A DNA stretch of 64,000 nucleotides from Rhizaria sp. SCN 62-66. Its lineage: Eukaryota. Position numbers and translations under genes: made by a program. The stretch covers positions 1 through 64,000 of the forward strand of contig MEDY01000058.1 in assembly GCA_001724265.1 (NCBI GenBank), in the 5' to 3' direction. Under the pieces are notes generated by a model that was not told the origin of the DNA, searched no databases, and saw nothing but the letters and a program-made list of their open reading frames with translations. The first letter of the stretch is position 1. The number at the start of each line of letters is the position of its first letter. Of the stretch, positions 1-11,600 are shown in pieces.

Positions 1-11
1 CTGCGACAGCT

Positions 12-1623
12 TTGCCTCTGTGCCGATGTGCGCTTGTCGGTGAGGTCACGGCGACTATTGTGTCAACAAGCCTTGCTGCAAGCTACGACGCCTGCGGAAC
101 ACGCGCCAAGGCCGTCGCCGAACTAATCGAGACTGAGGACAGCGACAAAGTTGAAGATGGCACTAACAATCAAATCAAAGCAAAGAATACTGGCAAGCAT
201 ATCACTGCGACTTCCGATTTAGTTGACTGTGGCGACGATGTCAGTGGAGACACCTGCGAGTTTGGTGCTGTCCGTGCAACCTTCACAGTGCTGCGCAATG
301 ATGGCAGCAAGAGCAGCGGAGGAGCTCAGTCCGACGATAACAACACTGACAGCTCTGGTCTTGTTGCTACAATGCTGCTTACAGATGTTGATAGGCGCAC
401 CGTTGCTGTTGTCCTTGCACAGTTGACAGACGTGCAGGCAGTGGTGACAGCGTCTACGGGTGCAAAGTGGTGTGTGCGTGTTGCTGTTGCGTTTCCGGAC
501 GTTTTCCATGAGAAACGCGCGCTGCATATGCTGGCAGAAGCTGTTCCGGTGGACTGGATGTTAAGGACTGAAGGTGCAGCTGCTGTGGCTGCCGCAAATG
601 CTGTTGCTAAAGCTGCAGCTGTGGCTGCTGCAAAGGCTGCTGAAGCAGCTGCAAGGGCTGCTGCAGAAGCTGCGGAAAAGGCCGCCGCTGAAGCGGCTGC
701 AAAGGCGGCTGCCGAGGCAGAAGCGGCTGCCAATGCAAAGTGGCAGTCAGTTCTCCAGTCGAATGATTGGGAGGCCGCATTTGATTCACACACTGCTTGC
801 AGCCTAGAGGAGTGTGGATACCCTCGTCGACAGGCAAAAGTGGCGTCATATGAGTACACCCCGTCTCCCGCTCCTGTGAGGGATCATGGAGTCCCACCTC
901 CTGCGGCACTCACGCTCCTGCAAACAAAGGCTCGCGATCGTATTCTGGCATATGCTCGGCAGCAGTTGGGGCAAGAGCACATGACATCTGATGTGGACAT
1001 GTATGTTAATCTATGTGCCGCAAACAACACAGGCGACTGCGGGCATTACATGGTGATCCGTCTTGATGACAAGCGGTTCCCTCATAACGCCGCACACTTC
1101 CGCACTGCAGCTCGAAGTTGGGCATTGGGCCACCGATTGCACCAATGTTTCGTCCCTTCAGACCAGTCTCCGGGCACGCGTCTGCCGTTTGTCACACTGC
1201 ATCATGCAGAGCACGGCCCCTCCTGTGCCAAGTCACCCATCACACTTCCTGAGACCGACATTGTTTACGGTGAGTACAAGGGCGCCCGCTGCCACCGCAA
1301 ACGTGACATATCCAGTCGGCACAGTGCTGATGTACCCTCGCGAAGTTGTGCCTCGTGATAAAACGAGTGGTCACGGGGCGTGCGATTCACCGTGGTTTAT
1401 CGTGTTCAAGCCTTACGCTGCCACTTTGCTGCGCGGCGCGGTGCCAGTTGGGCGTGTGATGTCGTTTGTGAAGGGGCAAACTGCGTCAACAAGCGATAAT
1501 AGTGCGCAACCATTTGATGCAAATGTGTTGCAGTGCTTTGAGACATATGCCATTCCGCAGACAGGTCAACAGTGCAAATCGAACCATTCGTGCATGTTTT
1601 TTTCTTCGTTCATGCCTGTATGA
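12..1623 (+). pseudogene. 5'-truncated ORF with an Ala/Glu/Lys helical linker and a divergent cyclophilin-like C-terminal domain split by a +1 frameshift near 1275-1285
   Basis: Frame 12..1358 has VDMYVNL..GHYMVIRLDDKRFPHNAAHFRTAA..GHRLHQCF, resembling the cyclophilin N-half (VYFDI..GRIVIEL..PKTAENFRAL..FHRVI). Frame 1063..1623 continues YPVGTVLM..DSPWFIVF..LLRGAVPVGRVM, resembling the C-half (GTVSMA..GSQFFIT..LDGKHVVFGRV). The catalytic Arg position reads Gln. An assembly indel is also possible. Confidence 0.45.
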
Positions 1624-2115
1624 GACACTGCTGCGCGTGAACTTATGAAACCTTACACAATTATAACCTCCGCATAACTTGAACCAATAGAATATACTTT
1701 AAAGCCCGCAAAGAACGATCGTGAGTCACACTCTAAACAATACGACATCTTGTGCTAAACTAAAGGTGAAGCTCAGTCAAGATCATTCGCAGCGCAAGTT
1801 ATCAGATCAGATCGTACGTATGTATTATTCCAAATGACATGATGTTCAAATACGTGGCTACTGACATTATTTACAGCTCTAATATAAGAACGACACAATG
1901 CGCAACATTGAGTTGGCTCATCACGAAAGAAGACTAAAAGATGAACATATACACAAAATAGAAAAGGGGAGGGATACACACGGGTAAACCAAATTGAAAT
2001 GAGAGACACAGAGAAATCGCGAACCACATTTTTACTTGAGACGCGAAAAACAACAACAAGTATAAAGGCCTCAATGTTCGAATCCACTACGCGGAGAGTG
2101 TTTCAACACTGCTGA

Positions 2116-2600
2116 TTAGTTCTTCTTCACGGCAGCAGCAGCGGCAGCCGCGGCATTGGCAGCCTCTGCAGCAGAAGCTGCAGCTGCAGCCGCGTTTCCA
2201 GCCCTAAAGCATCCATTTGCACCTGCGCGATGCTGTTGTCGCTGTTGTTACTGCTGCTGCTGCTGCTGCTGCTGTTGCCATTTCTTGAACAAATCAACTG
2301 GCTTCTGCCCCAACCGAGTCGAGCTGTGACCGTGGGCGTTCGCAGAGTGACTGTGGGCAAGAGTCGGCGGTGACTGCGACACTGCCGTTGACAGAGGGAG
2401 CATCGAGCTAACCGTGTTGTTCAAACTAGCGCTTGAACTAGGGCCAGTTGCAGTCGCTGCAGTTACCCCTGCTGCTGTCGCCGCCGCTGTGGTCGTGGCT
2501 GCCGCTGCTGCTGCTGCTGCGGACGCGGGAGCAACGGCTGCGAGCGGCTTGAACGGCGACACGGAGACTTGTGACCACACCCACACAGGCCTAGGCACAC
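2116..2600 (-). pseudogene. Low-complexity (poly-Ala, poly-Gln) gene remnant with an in-frame TAA inside the poly-Gln run
   Basis: The frame of ORF 2248..2703 reads ..KKWQQQQQQQQQ*QQRQQHRAGANG..AAAAAAAVKKN*, so coding-like composition continues past the TAA at 2248-2250. Confidence 0.35.
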
Positions 2601-3017
2601 AAATACAAGTGACAATGACGAGCGGTAAGAATAGTGAGCAAAATGCAAGACTCAATGTTGAGCAAAAAAACAACGACAGTAATCTCATTAATATTAGACG
2701 CACTTCAAAGGTTTAATCGGAGGAAACACATGATATTCTTTGCAATACAACTATAGGAACGTTCCTGGGACTCGAGAGAGTCGCTTCCTACCAAGAATCA
2801 CGGTGCTGGGGATGGGATACAAACATTCCAGTCGTCATAGTGTATTTCAAATGCCGTTATTTCAAATGTAACTATCGCGTGTTTTTACCGGAGAATGGAT
2901 GTTAATAAACGTATTCAACATGTGGCGTGCGTTATCTGTAACCATGCAAGATTCATCATAAGTCGATGAACTTCTCCACCAACACAGTTGCGGCGCGACA
3001 TTATCTATAAGCACGTT

Positions 3018-3494
3018 TCACAGCGCACGACGTGGCTTCCACACCCGCGGTGGTCTCAGCGCGCGTAACAATGCCGTGGCCAACACTGCGCGCGCCGCCG
3101 GGCGACAGCACAAACGCGTGGAGCTTCGCGTCTTTGCGGCGGCCCACACGGCGTCGCTCTTGAGCAGCGCGTGCGCGGCATCGATATCGGACGCCATGTA
3201 CCGGTCGCAATCGCACGGCTGCACGCACGCGCGCACGGCGGTGCGCACGCGCTCGAGCGCCGGCGTCGACCGCAGCGGCCGGAGGAAGTCGACGGCTTGC
3301 GCGGCGCACAGCAGCTCGATGGCCAGCACTTGCTCGATGTGGGCGACGACGCGCCCGCACTTCCGGGCCGCCCAACCGCCCATGAAGGTGTGGTCCTCCT
3401 GCGCGGCCAAGGTCGAGATAGAGTCCACCGACGCAGGGTGGCAGAGACCCTTGTTCTCCGACACCAGCGCGGCGGCCGTGCAATGGGCGATCAT
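3018..3494 (-). pseudogene. HAL: C-terminal fragment of histidine ammonia-lyase (histidase)
   Basis: MIAHCTAAALVSENKGLCHPASVDSISTLAAQEDHTFMGGWAARK..EQVLAIELLCAAQAVDFLRPLRST..DRYMASDIDAAHALL matches the eukaryotic HAL C-terminus. No ASG/MIO-containing upstream exons are visible, and the conserved STSAAxEDHVSMG is altered. Confidence 0.8.
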
Positions 3495-3750
3495 CACAAC
3501 ATGAGCTCTCTGTAACTTAAAGTAGACTCCTTTCATAACACCGATCTTTCTAGATAGCAACACCGCATCCATTGTCTATATAACCGCGGTGGCCTTCGTT
3601 TATTCCACCACAGCACGTGTCCACCATGACGCATACGCAGCGCACACAACGTCTATCTTCTCTCCCTCTCACCATGGCATCGCAGTTGTAGTAACGCAAC
3701 GACAGGACCACGCCGTCACGGCCACGCCGTCAAGGCGACTGCGCCATGCG

Positions 3751-4661
3751 TCACGGCGATAGCACGTACTCGCGCCGCCCCGCGTCCCAGCTGACGGGCA
3801 CACGGCACTCGCCCGTGCGCTCCGTGATCGCCACACCCGCGCCCGCGCCCGTCACTGCCACGCCCGCGCCCGCGCCACCGCCGCGAAGGGCCGAGTCAGC
3901 GCCAGCGCCACCTGTGGCGGCGGCTGCTGCGGCTGCGTTGGCGGCGGCTTTAGAGGTCAGCGCGGCGGTGCAGATGGGCGCAGCCAGCTCGCGCAGCCGC
4001 AACGAAGTGCGCATGTACTGCTCGGAAGTCAGGCCGCGCCCGAAGCGGCCGTGCTTTGCCCATTCGTGCTGCCAGAAAGCCGCGTCGGAACGCCCGCGGA
4101 GGCACGTGGGCCAGTGTAGAGAGAGGCCCGGAACTGAGAGCGCCGACCGGGACAGGGAGCGCTCAGGGGAAGGGTATTCCTACAGGGATGCGGTCGGCAG
4201 GAAGGAAAGGGTTGTCAAAGAGAGAGTAAGATGAGATACGTGAGATACATGCAAATAGATCTTATTTCAATGATTTGCGGTATGATTTGTGACAATAAAC
4301 AACAGGTTTTGACATTGCAGCTTATTTGTTGTTTCATATGCATTTTCTCGATTGCAAGTTCAAGTTGACAGACCGCAACGCTCTGCCGCCGCACGTACCG
4401 TCTCCTCCTGCGGCCACAAACCGTGCAATGTCCAGGGCTGGCCCGACTCGACCAGCGCCTGAATGACCGTGGCGCGCGCCTCGGCCAGCCCCTGGCCCGC
4501 AGCCGCCAATCGCGCCTCGGCCTGCCCTTCTGAGAGCTCTTCCGAGTCGGAGTCAAACGCGTCCGTCGAAGACCTAGCGCTGCGCCCGCTGCGACTGTAG
4601 CTGCGGCTGTTGTTGTTGCTGCGGCTGCGAGAGTTGCTGTCGCCGTCGCTGCTGCTGCGGC

Positions 4662-4700
<39 letters not shown>

Positions 4701-5366
4701 GGGCAAGCTCGGTCTGCAGGTTCCTGCGCAAGTCCCCCAGGGACTGGCGGAAGCGGCGCGCGCCGTGGCGGTCGTGGCGGGCTAGCGCGGCACTCAGCTG
4801 CCGCTCGCGGTCGCCAATGCGCGCGCGCAGCGATTGGGCCTTCGCGCTCTCGCTCTCACGCCCGCTCGCGCCCTCGCCGTGCCCGTTAACGTTCACGTTC
4901 AGGCTGCGGTCACGGTTGCTGCCACGGTGACGGCCGCTCGCGCCGGAGTCAGTCCAGGCAGAGAAACCGGCATCACGGGCGCTGGTGCCAAACACTGCAC
5001 TGCTGTGGGGCGAGCTGTGTGTCCTCGGAGAGTTTGGAAAGCGGTCCATGCGAGTGCTGCCGCTGTCGCCACGGCGCCGCAGACGGAGGGAGTTGAGGTC
5101 GGCCTGGGCGCGCGTGCGCTCGAGCTGGAGCTCAGTGATGATGGGACGCAAATCCTGAATCAAGTTAGTCACATCGCACTATTCGAGCAACACGTGGATA
5201 AAAGATGTGGCCAAGATTGAGGTGAGCGAGAGAGTTAAGGGAGACGGGCAAAAGAGGGAATCATGAGTGGGGAACGACGAACCTTTTGAAGGACTAGAAC
5301 AGCTTCTTCAGCAAGCGCTGAAAGCGCTAATAAAGCACAAATGCCAGTAAAGAGGATTCGACTCAT
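3751..5366 (-). CDS. Secreted/lysosomal ribonuclease T2 family protein; exons 5366-5283, 5178-4399, 4179-3751
   Basis: Signal-peptide-like N-terminus MSRILFTGICALLALSALAEEAVLVLQK, CAS I motif WTLHGLWP and CAS II motif FWQHEWAKHG. Two phase-0 GT-AG introns (gttcgt..aatag; gtacgt..ctgtag) join the exons in frame. TGA stop. Confidence 0.85.
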
Positions 5367-5866
5367 GTATCAAGAGCAAACCCGACTTTGACGACTTGTT
5401 GCGAATGTTCTGTTGGGGCTCGAATGATTGTCAGCAGCCCCCTCGTTCCCACCACAAGCAGAGATCAAGCTAATTTCGAGGACGAAAACAGCACGTACAG
5501 ATCAATATCTCAATGAGATGTGAATTATCAGAATCCCTTTTAAAGTACCGTTTATTGTGGCTAGGAATACATACTATATTGAGTGGTTGGTACGTTTGAT
5601 GCAAGTACCACTTATATATCTTGGGAAATATCCTCAGTCGAGTCACATTTGAACTTGAAGAGCAGTTGGGACGGGCCGAGAGATTTCTCATTCAATTTAA
5701 TACTTTAGATTTGTGTATTTGATGTTGTCAAATATAGCATATCCGAGCTCCAGCCAGATTGACAATGGTTAAGATGAATATGTTGAAATACATAGTCCTC
5801 CCAGGCCTTCATGGGAATCATGAAAATGTCGGCAGGTAAGTGCATGTTACCACTTCAAGATAAGAA

Positions 5867-8366
5867 TCACTTGCGGCCCCGGCGCATCGGCGTGGGCATG
5901 ACGGGCATCACCGTTTCTTCTTCGTCATCATCGTCGTCGTCATCGTTCTGCTTGCTCCTCCGCGTCGTGCGCTTGCTCGCACTCGCGCTCGCGGCGCCGC
6001 CCTTCACCGCGCTGCCGCGCTTACAGTCAGATGCGGCAGCCGGAGCCCCGCGCGTCGCCCGACCGCGCTTGCTTTGCGGCGTCAGTTTACTTGAGCCAAC
6101 GTCACTTGCGTCGCCGTCAATCTCGTCGTCATCGCCATAGTTGCTGGTCGAGCTTGCATACGCGCGCTTGGAGCGAGCGCCGCCCTTGGACGCGGACGCC
6201 TTGACCGTCTCGTTAGCCGCGGAGTCGGTGCTCGCGTTCAGGAGAGCGCGCGTGCGAGTGCGGCTGCTGGCGCGGGTAGTGCCAGAATCCGCGTCCGCGC
6301 TGGCTTTAACGGTCGTCGGCGTTGCACGGCTCCGCGTCGCCTTGCGCGCGTTCACGACCATGCTGTCGTCGAGGCTGAGCAACATGGACTCATCGTGAGC
6401 GCCATCGTCATCAGCAGCAGCGGCCTTCGCCGCAGCTGCAGTGGCCTTCTTGCCTTTCTTCACACTGCTAGCGTTCTTGCTGTTGTTGCTGTTGCCGGCG
6501 GCCGTGTCCGCGCTCGCGCTCGATAGCACTGGCGCAGTGAAGGCTGACATGGACATCACGGACTCCGCAAACGACGCGTCCATGGCGCTATCGTCTAAGT
6601 TAGGCCGCGCCCTGGACGCCGCACGGCTGCGGCTGCCACGGCCAACATTGTCCGACTCGGCTGCCACTACCGCAGCCGCCGCGGCAGCGGCTGCCTTAGC
6701 ATTCCTCCCTGTGGCAGCGGTCGCTCTTGCCGGTTTCTTGGAGCTCGTGATCGCGCTCGCTTCTGCCTGGCTGTCGCCCGACGCAGCGGCCCGACCCCCG
6801 CGGCCCCGGCCCCGACCCGCGCGCGCGGACGCGGCGGCAAGGCTGTCGTCGAGGTCGCTGCTGATGAAGCTGCTGTCGTTGAGTCCGTCACGGTCATTGT
6901 TGTTGAATGAGAGCTCGAGCGCGTCGGTGATGCTCATACGCCGCCTCCCACCAGCACGCGCACCACCACCACCAGCAGTGTCGTCACCCGCGCTTGCACT
7001 GGCGCTAGCACTGGCGCTCGCAGAGTTGCCGTTGTTATTGCCCGCAAGGCTATTGTTGTTGCTAGCGGCAGCGTGGAGGGAGCGCAGGAGCCCCGAGGGG
7101 ATGGTGATCGTGCGCGTGGGCGACGAGAATACCGGCTGCCGGATTGGGCTAAACGCCAGCGACGACGCCACGGACGCGGCCGACGCCGTGGAGTCGTTGA
7201 GACCGCCGTCGAAGCCAGCCGCGGCGCCGCGGCCCGCAACAGAGTCGTCGACATCAGACTGCAAGTATGAGTCGTCGGCGGCGTTCGCAATGGAAGCGCG
7301 GTTGCCTGGCGTCTTGCTGTTGCCGATAGTGGTAACGGGCAGGTGCGAGCGCAGACTGATGGCGCCGAAGAACGGCGAGTCAGCCGCCGCCGCCTCCTTT
7401 TGCTGACGCGCCTTCACGCCAGTCCTAGCACCGGCGCCCGCACGCGCGCCCGCGCCGGCGTTGGCCGCCACGGCGGCGTGCGGACCCGTGAGCTCAAAGG
7501 CGGAGTCCTCGGCCGCGGCGGCGGAGGGCGGGGTACCGCCGTGGCGCAGGTTGAAGCCGGCGACGGCGACGCAGTTGCTGTCGTTGAGGTCAGAGGCCGC
7601 GAAGTTCGAGTCCAGCGACAGCCGCGCAGCAGAGAGCGACGACTGCCGACGCCGCTGTTGCTGATGTTGCTGACCAGCGCCGCCGGCAGTGGCGGTGTTG
7701 TTGTAGGCCGCGGGGATGACGTTGTGGTTCGCGGTGGCGTCGTCCTCGTCGTCAGCGAAGCCGCTGAAGCCGCCGGCTCTGACGCCGCCGCCGAGCGCGC
7801 CGCCGGTCGAGATCGTGCTGATGTCGAGGCTCTGGTCCACAGATAGGTCGCACGCACCGACCGCGCCGGCGGCGGCAGCGGCGGCAGCGCGGGCAGCGCG
7901 CGCGGCGGCGGCCGAGGCGTTGGCGGGGCCAGAGGCGGCGGCGGGGGAGAAGAGGAAGCTGCTCTCGGTCGTGTTCACAGAGCTAGATCCAACAGGCACA
8001 TCATCGATCATCACATGCACGCCACCGGGAACGGTAGGACGTGCCTCGACAGGTAGTAATGAGTGGAAATGACGCCACCAGAGGGCGATGGCACGGGAGT
8101 TGGCTTTGCTGTGGGCGCCGTAGGCCTTGATTGTCGTGAGCAGTTCTGCCGCGACCTTTTGCGCACGAACAAAGTCTTCAGAAGAGACAAAGAGTGTGTG
8201 GCCAACTGGGAAGTAAGCATTTAATTCAAGGCAAAGTAGTATCATTGTAGAGTATAAGGAGGATATGAGTGGGCGACGTACCTTCGTCAATCTGTTGGAG
8301 GGTTAGAGTGATCTGGCGGTCGAGGAGATTGACGCTCTCCTGTGTGGCCGGTAGAGGCTCTGCCAT
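5867..8366 (-). CDS. ASK1: DASH/Dam1 complex subunit Ask1-like protein with a long disordered tail; exons 8366-8282, 8175-5867
   Basis: The spliced N-terminus LLDRQITLTLQQIDEDFVRAQKVAAELLTTIKAYGAHSKANSRAIALWWRHF matches the Ask1 signature LDQEITLTLQEIDxNFSRAH..Y..S..FWKQFF. Phase-1 intron gtacgt..tgaag. TGA stop. Confidence 0.75.
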
Positions 8367-8647
8367 TATTATTTTTTAAATCCCAAGCAGGTAATGTCTG
8401 TATATCTTATAATGCGTTGTCCAAAGTGGGTTTAACGGACGTGATTCACACTTGATTTCAAATCTAAATTTAACCTCACCATTCCCACCCGTTGGCTCTT
8501 GGATCGCAGCTCCACGCAGCACACGGCAGAAAGTCAAAAATAAGATGCATCTCCACTGGATGATATATACGGGATGCGAAGTGAGCATATAGTGTATTCT
8601 AATAGTCAAGGTCTAAATTTGTTGAGTCAATGGCTATGTAAATTCAT

Positions 8648-11600
8648 TTACGCGTTGCCCATCCACTTGGCGAACGCATCAACACCCTTGCCAGCGTCAT
8701 CAATCAAGAAGGTGAAGTGGAAGAATCCGTGCGGTAAGTCGTCAAACAGCTTAAACACCACGGGCGTCTCGACGCGCGCAAGCCTGTGCGCCCACATGAC
8801 TGTGTCGTCGACGAAAGGGTCGAGCGAGCCGACCATGAGCGCCGTCGGCGGCAGGCGTCCTAGCACCGCGTCGGTCGCCAACGCGGGTGAGATCAGCGGG
8901 CAGCAGCGCCGCAGCGCCGCAGTGGCCGGAATCGCGGCGCGCGCGCGCAGGGCGGCCGCACTGGACGTGATCGTCGCCCAGAACAACGCGGAGACGGCAT
9001 CGGGCGACGGCTGCTGCTGCTGCGAGGGTCCGCCAGCGTTCGCCGTCTTGCTTCCGCTGCCCCCGCTTGACGAGGACGCTGTTGCCGCTCCACTTGTCGG
9101 AGCCGTGCCGGATGCACTCGCGGAAGCGTTCGACCCTTGCTGTGCTCTCTTGCCACTGCCACCGCCCGCCGCAGCGCCGCCGCTGCCGCCCGCCGCGTTG
9201 GCGAGCGCGAGTGCGGCAGTCGGCGGCTGCGGCGGCGTGGGGGCCGGCGGCGACTGGTAGGCCGCGCGGCACTGCAGGATGATGTTGAGCGGCACGATCG
9301 GGTCCCCCATGTAGAGCGAGCGCGACGGCGACGGCGTCTCGGTCATGTCCAACACCGGATACGCCAGCAGCAACCGGCACGGCAGCGGCGGCGGCACCGG
9401 CACCAGCGGCATCACCAGCGGCGCGATGGCACTGGTTGCGACAGCAGTGGCAGTGCCGCTGGCGCTGCCTGAGTCCAAACCGAGGTGGGATTTCGCGTTT
9501 GCGATGTTAATGTTATTAGGAAGTTGGGGCAGTGCGCCGGTGGCTGTGATTGTGGTGAGCTCTGACTCGGCGGCCCTGAGCTGCGACTGCAGCAGCTGCA
9601 GCCGCGCCATGCCGGTCTCCGTGTCGACGGCGCCGGTTGCGGTCTCAGTCTCGAGCTGGAGGAGCGAGTACAACTCACATTGCAGTCTAAAGCAAACAGT
9701 GAATGCAGAAAACAAAACGAATAAGGTGTGGGTTAAACAATGAAGCTGAACGGATCCAAATATGCAAAAAATGATATGCCAAAGTGATATGACTGATAGA
9801 TATAAGGCTCTTATAAGAAGCAATATATTGCTTTTCAAAACCTCGATTTTAACGTACCCAGCGACTTCCCTGCGCAAACGCGCCTTGGTGACCCGCACGG
9901 CGGCCGCCATCGCAAGCCGTTCGCGCTCCCAGGCCCAGACGAGCCCGGCCGACGCCGCCAGCGCCGCGCCCGCCGCGACGTCAGCCAGCGCCTGCACCAG
10001 GATCGTCAGCGCCGCGGCGAGGTTGCCGCCGGAGCACGCGCCCGTGACGGCGATGCGCGCGGGCACGAAGCCGAGTCCGCCCGCGGCGGCCCAGCGGTAC
10101 ACGGCAAGCGACTCGAGCAGCGCGTGCGGGTACGCGCGCTCGGGGGTGCGCGAATACTGCAGGTACAGGATCGGCGTTCGGGACAGCCGGCACTGGCGCG
10201 CGACGACCTAGGGGCGGCAAACGAACACAAGAAAAATAAATATCTGAGAAATAAATATCAATTGAAATATCAATAGAGAAAATTGGCATTGAAGCATCGA
10301 GTAATAAGAGCATAACCTAGTTTCGAAGTGGAATCTCGGCGTACCTGAAGGTCGCTGGACGTGAACCCAGCGCTGAAACCACCGTCGTGGAGGAATAGCG
10401 TGAGCGGCAGCTTCGAGAGCACGCAGTCGCCGCGGCGCAGGCTGTGCTGCTGCTGGTGCTGCTGCTGCGGCGACTGCTGCTGCGGGTTGTGGTGCGCCGA
10501 TCGACGCCTGCTGCGCTTGCTGGAGCTGGCGCTCGCGCCCGCGGGGGCACCGGCATTCGCTGCGCTGCTCGCGTTCACGCTGCTAGTGTTCCCACCCGCT
10601 CCGGTGACGCTGCGCCGGCGGCTGCTGCTTCGACGGCGCGCGCCGCTGTTCCCAGCGACAGCGCCCGCGCCCGCGCCGCTGTGTTGCGCGTTGACGCTCG
10701 ACGCGCGGCCTGTTCTCGGCGGATGCTGCTGGTGCTTGCCTGACGCAGAGCTCGTAGTGCCGCGGCCAGAGGCGGCAGCGGTGGCACCGCCGCGGCTGGA
10801 GCTGGCGCCCGCGCTAGACGTGTTGTTGTTCGCGTGGCCGGCGTTCGCGTTGTCATTGCTCGACGCGAATGCGGAGCTCGACGCAGCGAGGAAGGCAGCG
10901 GCTCCGGTAGAGTTGACAAGCTCCTCAAGTCCCCAGTCGCGGGCGCTGGAAACAACCGCGGCGAGCGCGGACACCGCCGCGTCGCGACTGCTCGCGCTCG
11001 CGCTCGCGCTCGCAGCTGCGCTAGCGCTAGGACCCGCGGTAGCGGCGGCGGCAGCTGCGACAGTGGCGGTGTTAGTTGCCGTGACCGCGGTCGCAAGCGC
11101 CTTCTTAAGCAATTTCGTCACACTTTGCGTGTGCGCCGCGCTGCTCATCGGCTCCATATGAAAGAGCCGGGGGTCGTAGCTGCGGTCGGCGCGCAGGTCC
11201 ACAGGCACCGGCGAAGCGAAAACGACGGAGATGGAGTTCGCTGGATATGGCGAGCCTTCCATGTCGATGTCCCAGCCGAGGCATGGGTCCGCGGCCGCGG
11301 CGGCAGCGGCAGCAGCGGCAGCGGCGGTGCCCGGACGGGTGAGAGAGACGCCAAAGATGCCCCTGCTCGGCGCCGTGCTCGCGGTCGCTGTGGACGAGGA
11401 GAACGCGGTGAAGCCTCCGTCGCCTCTGCTCGCGCTGGCGCCGACGCCGTCGTCCTTGCGCGGCGCGACGGCGTCGTGCTTGCCCGCCGTGGCCACCGCG
11501 GCCGCCGCGGTGGCCACATTAGTGAACGAGGGCTGCGAGAAGGGCGACTGGATGGTCGAGCGCCAGAAGTCGTGCGAGGAGTAGTTAACCGAGAGCTCGA

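Noticed and set aside
2070-2100. GTTCGAATCC, resembling a tRNA T-loop/B-box
   Set aside because: No T-stem pairing or cloverleaf can be formed around it.
2248-2250. Ciliate-type code (both TAA and TAG = Gln), suggested by the TAA in a poly-Q run
   Set aside because: TAA clearly terminates Rab (directly after CxC), the HSL-like gene, TAF1 and TFIIB at the expected positions.
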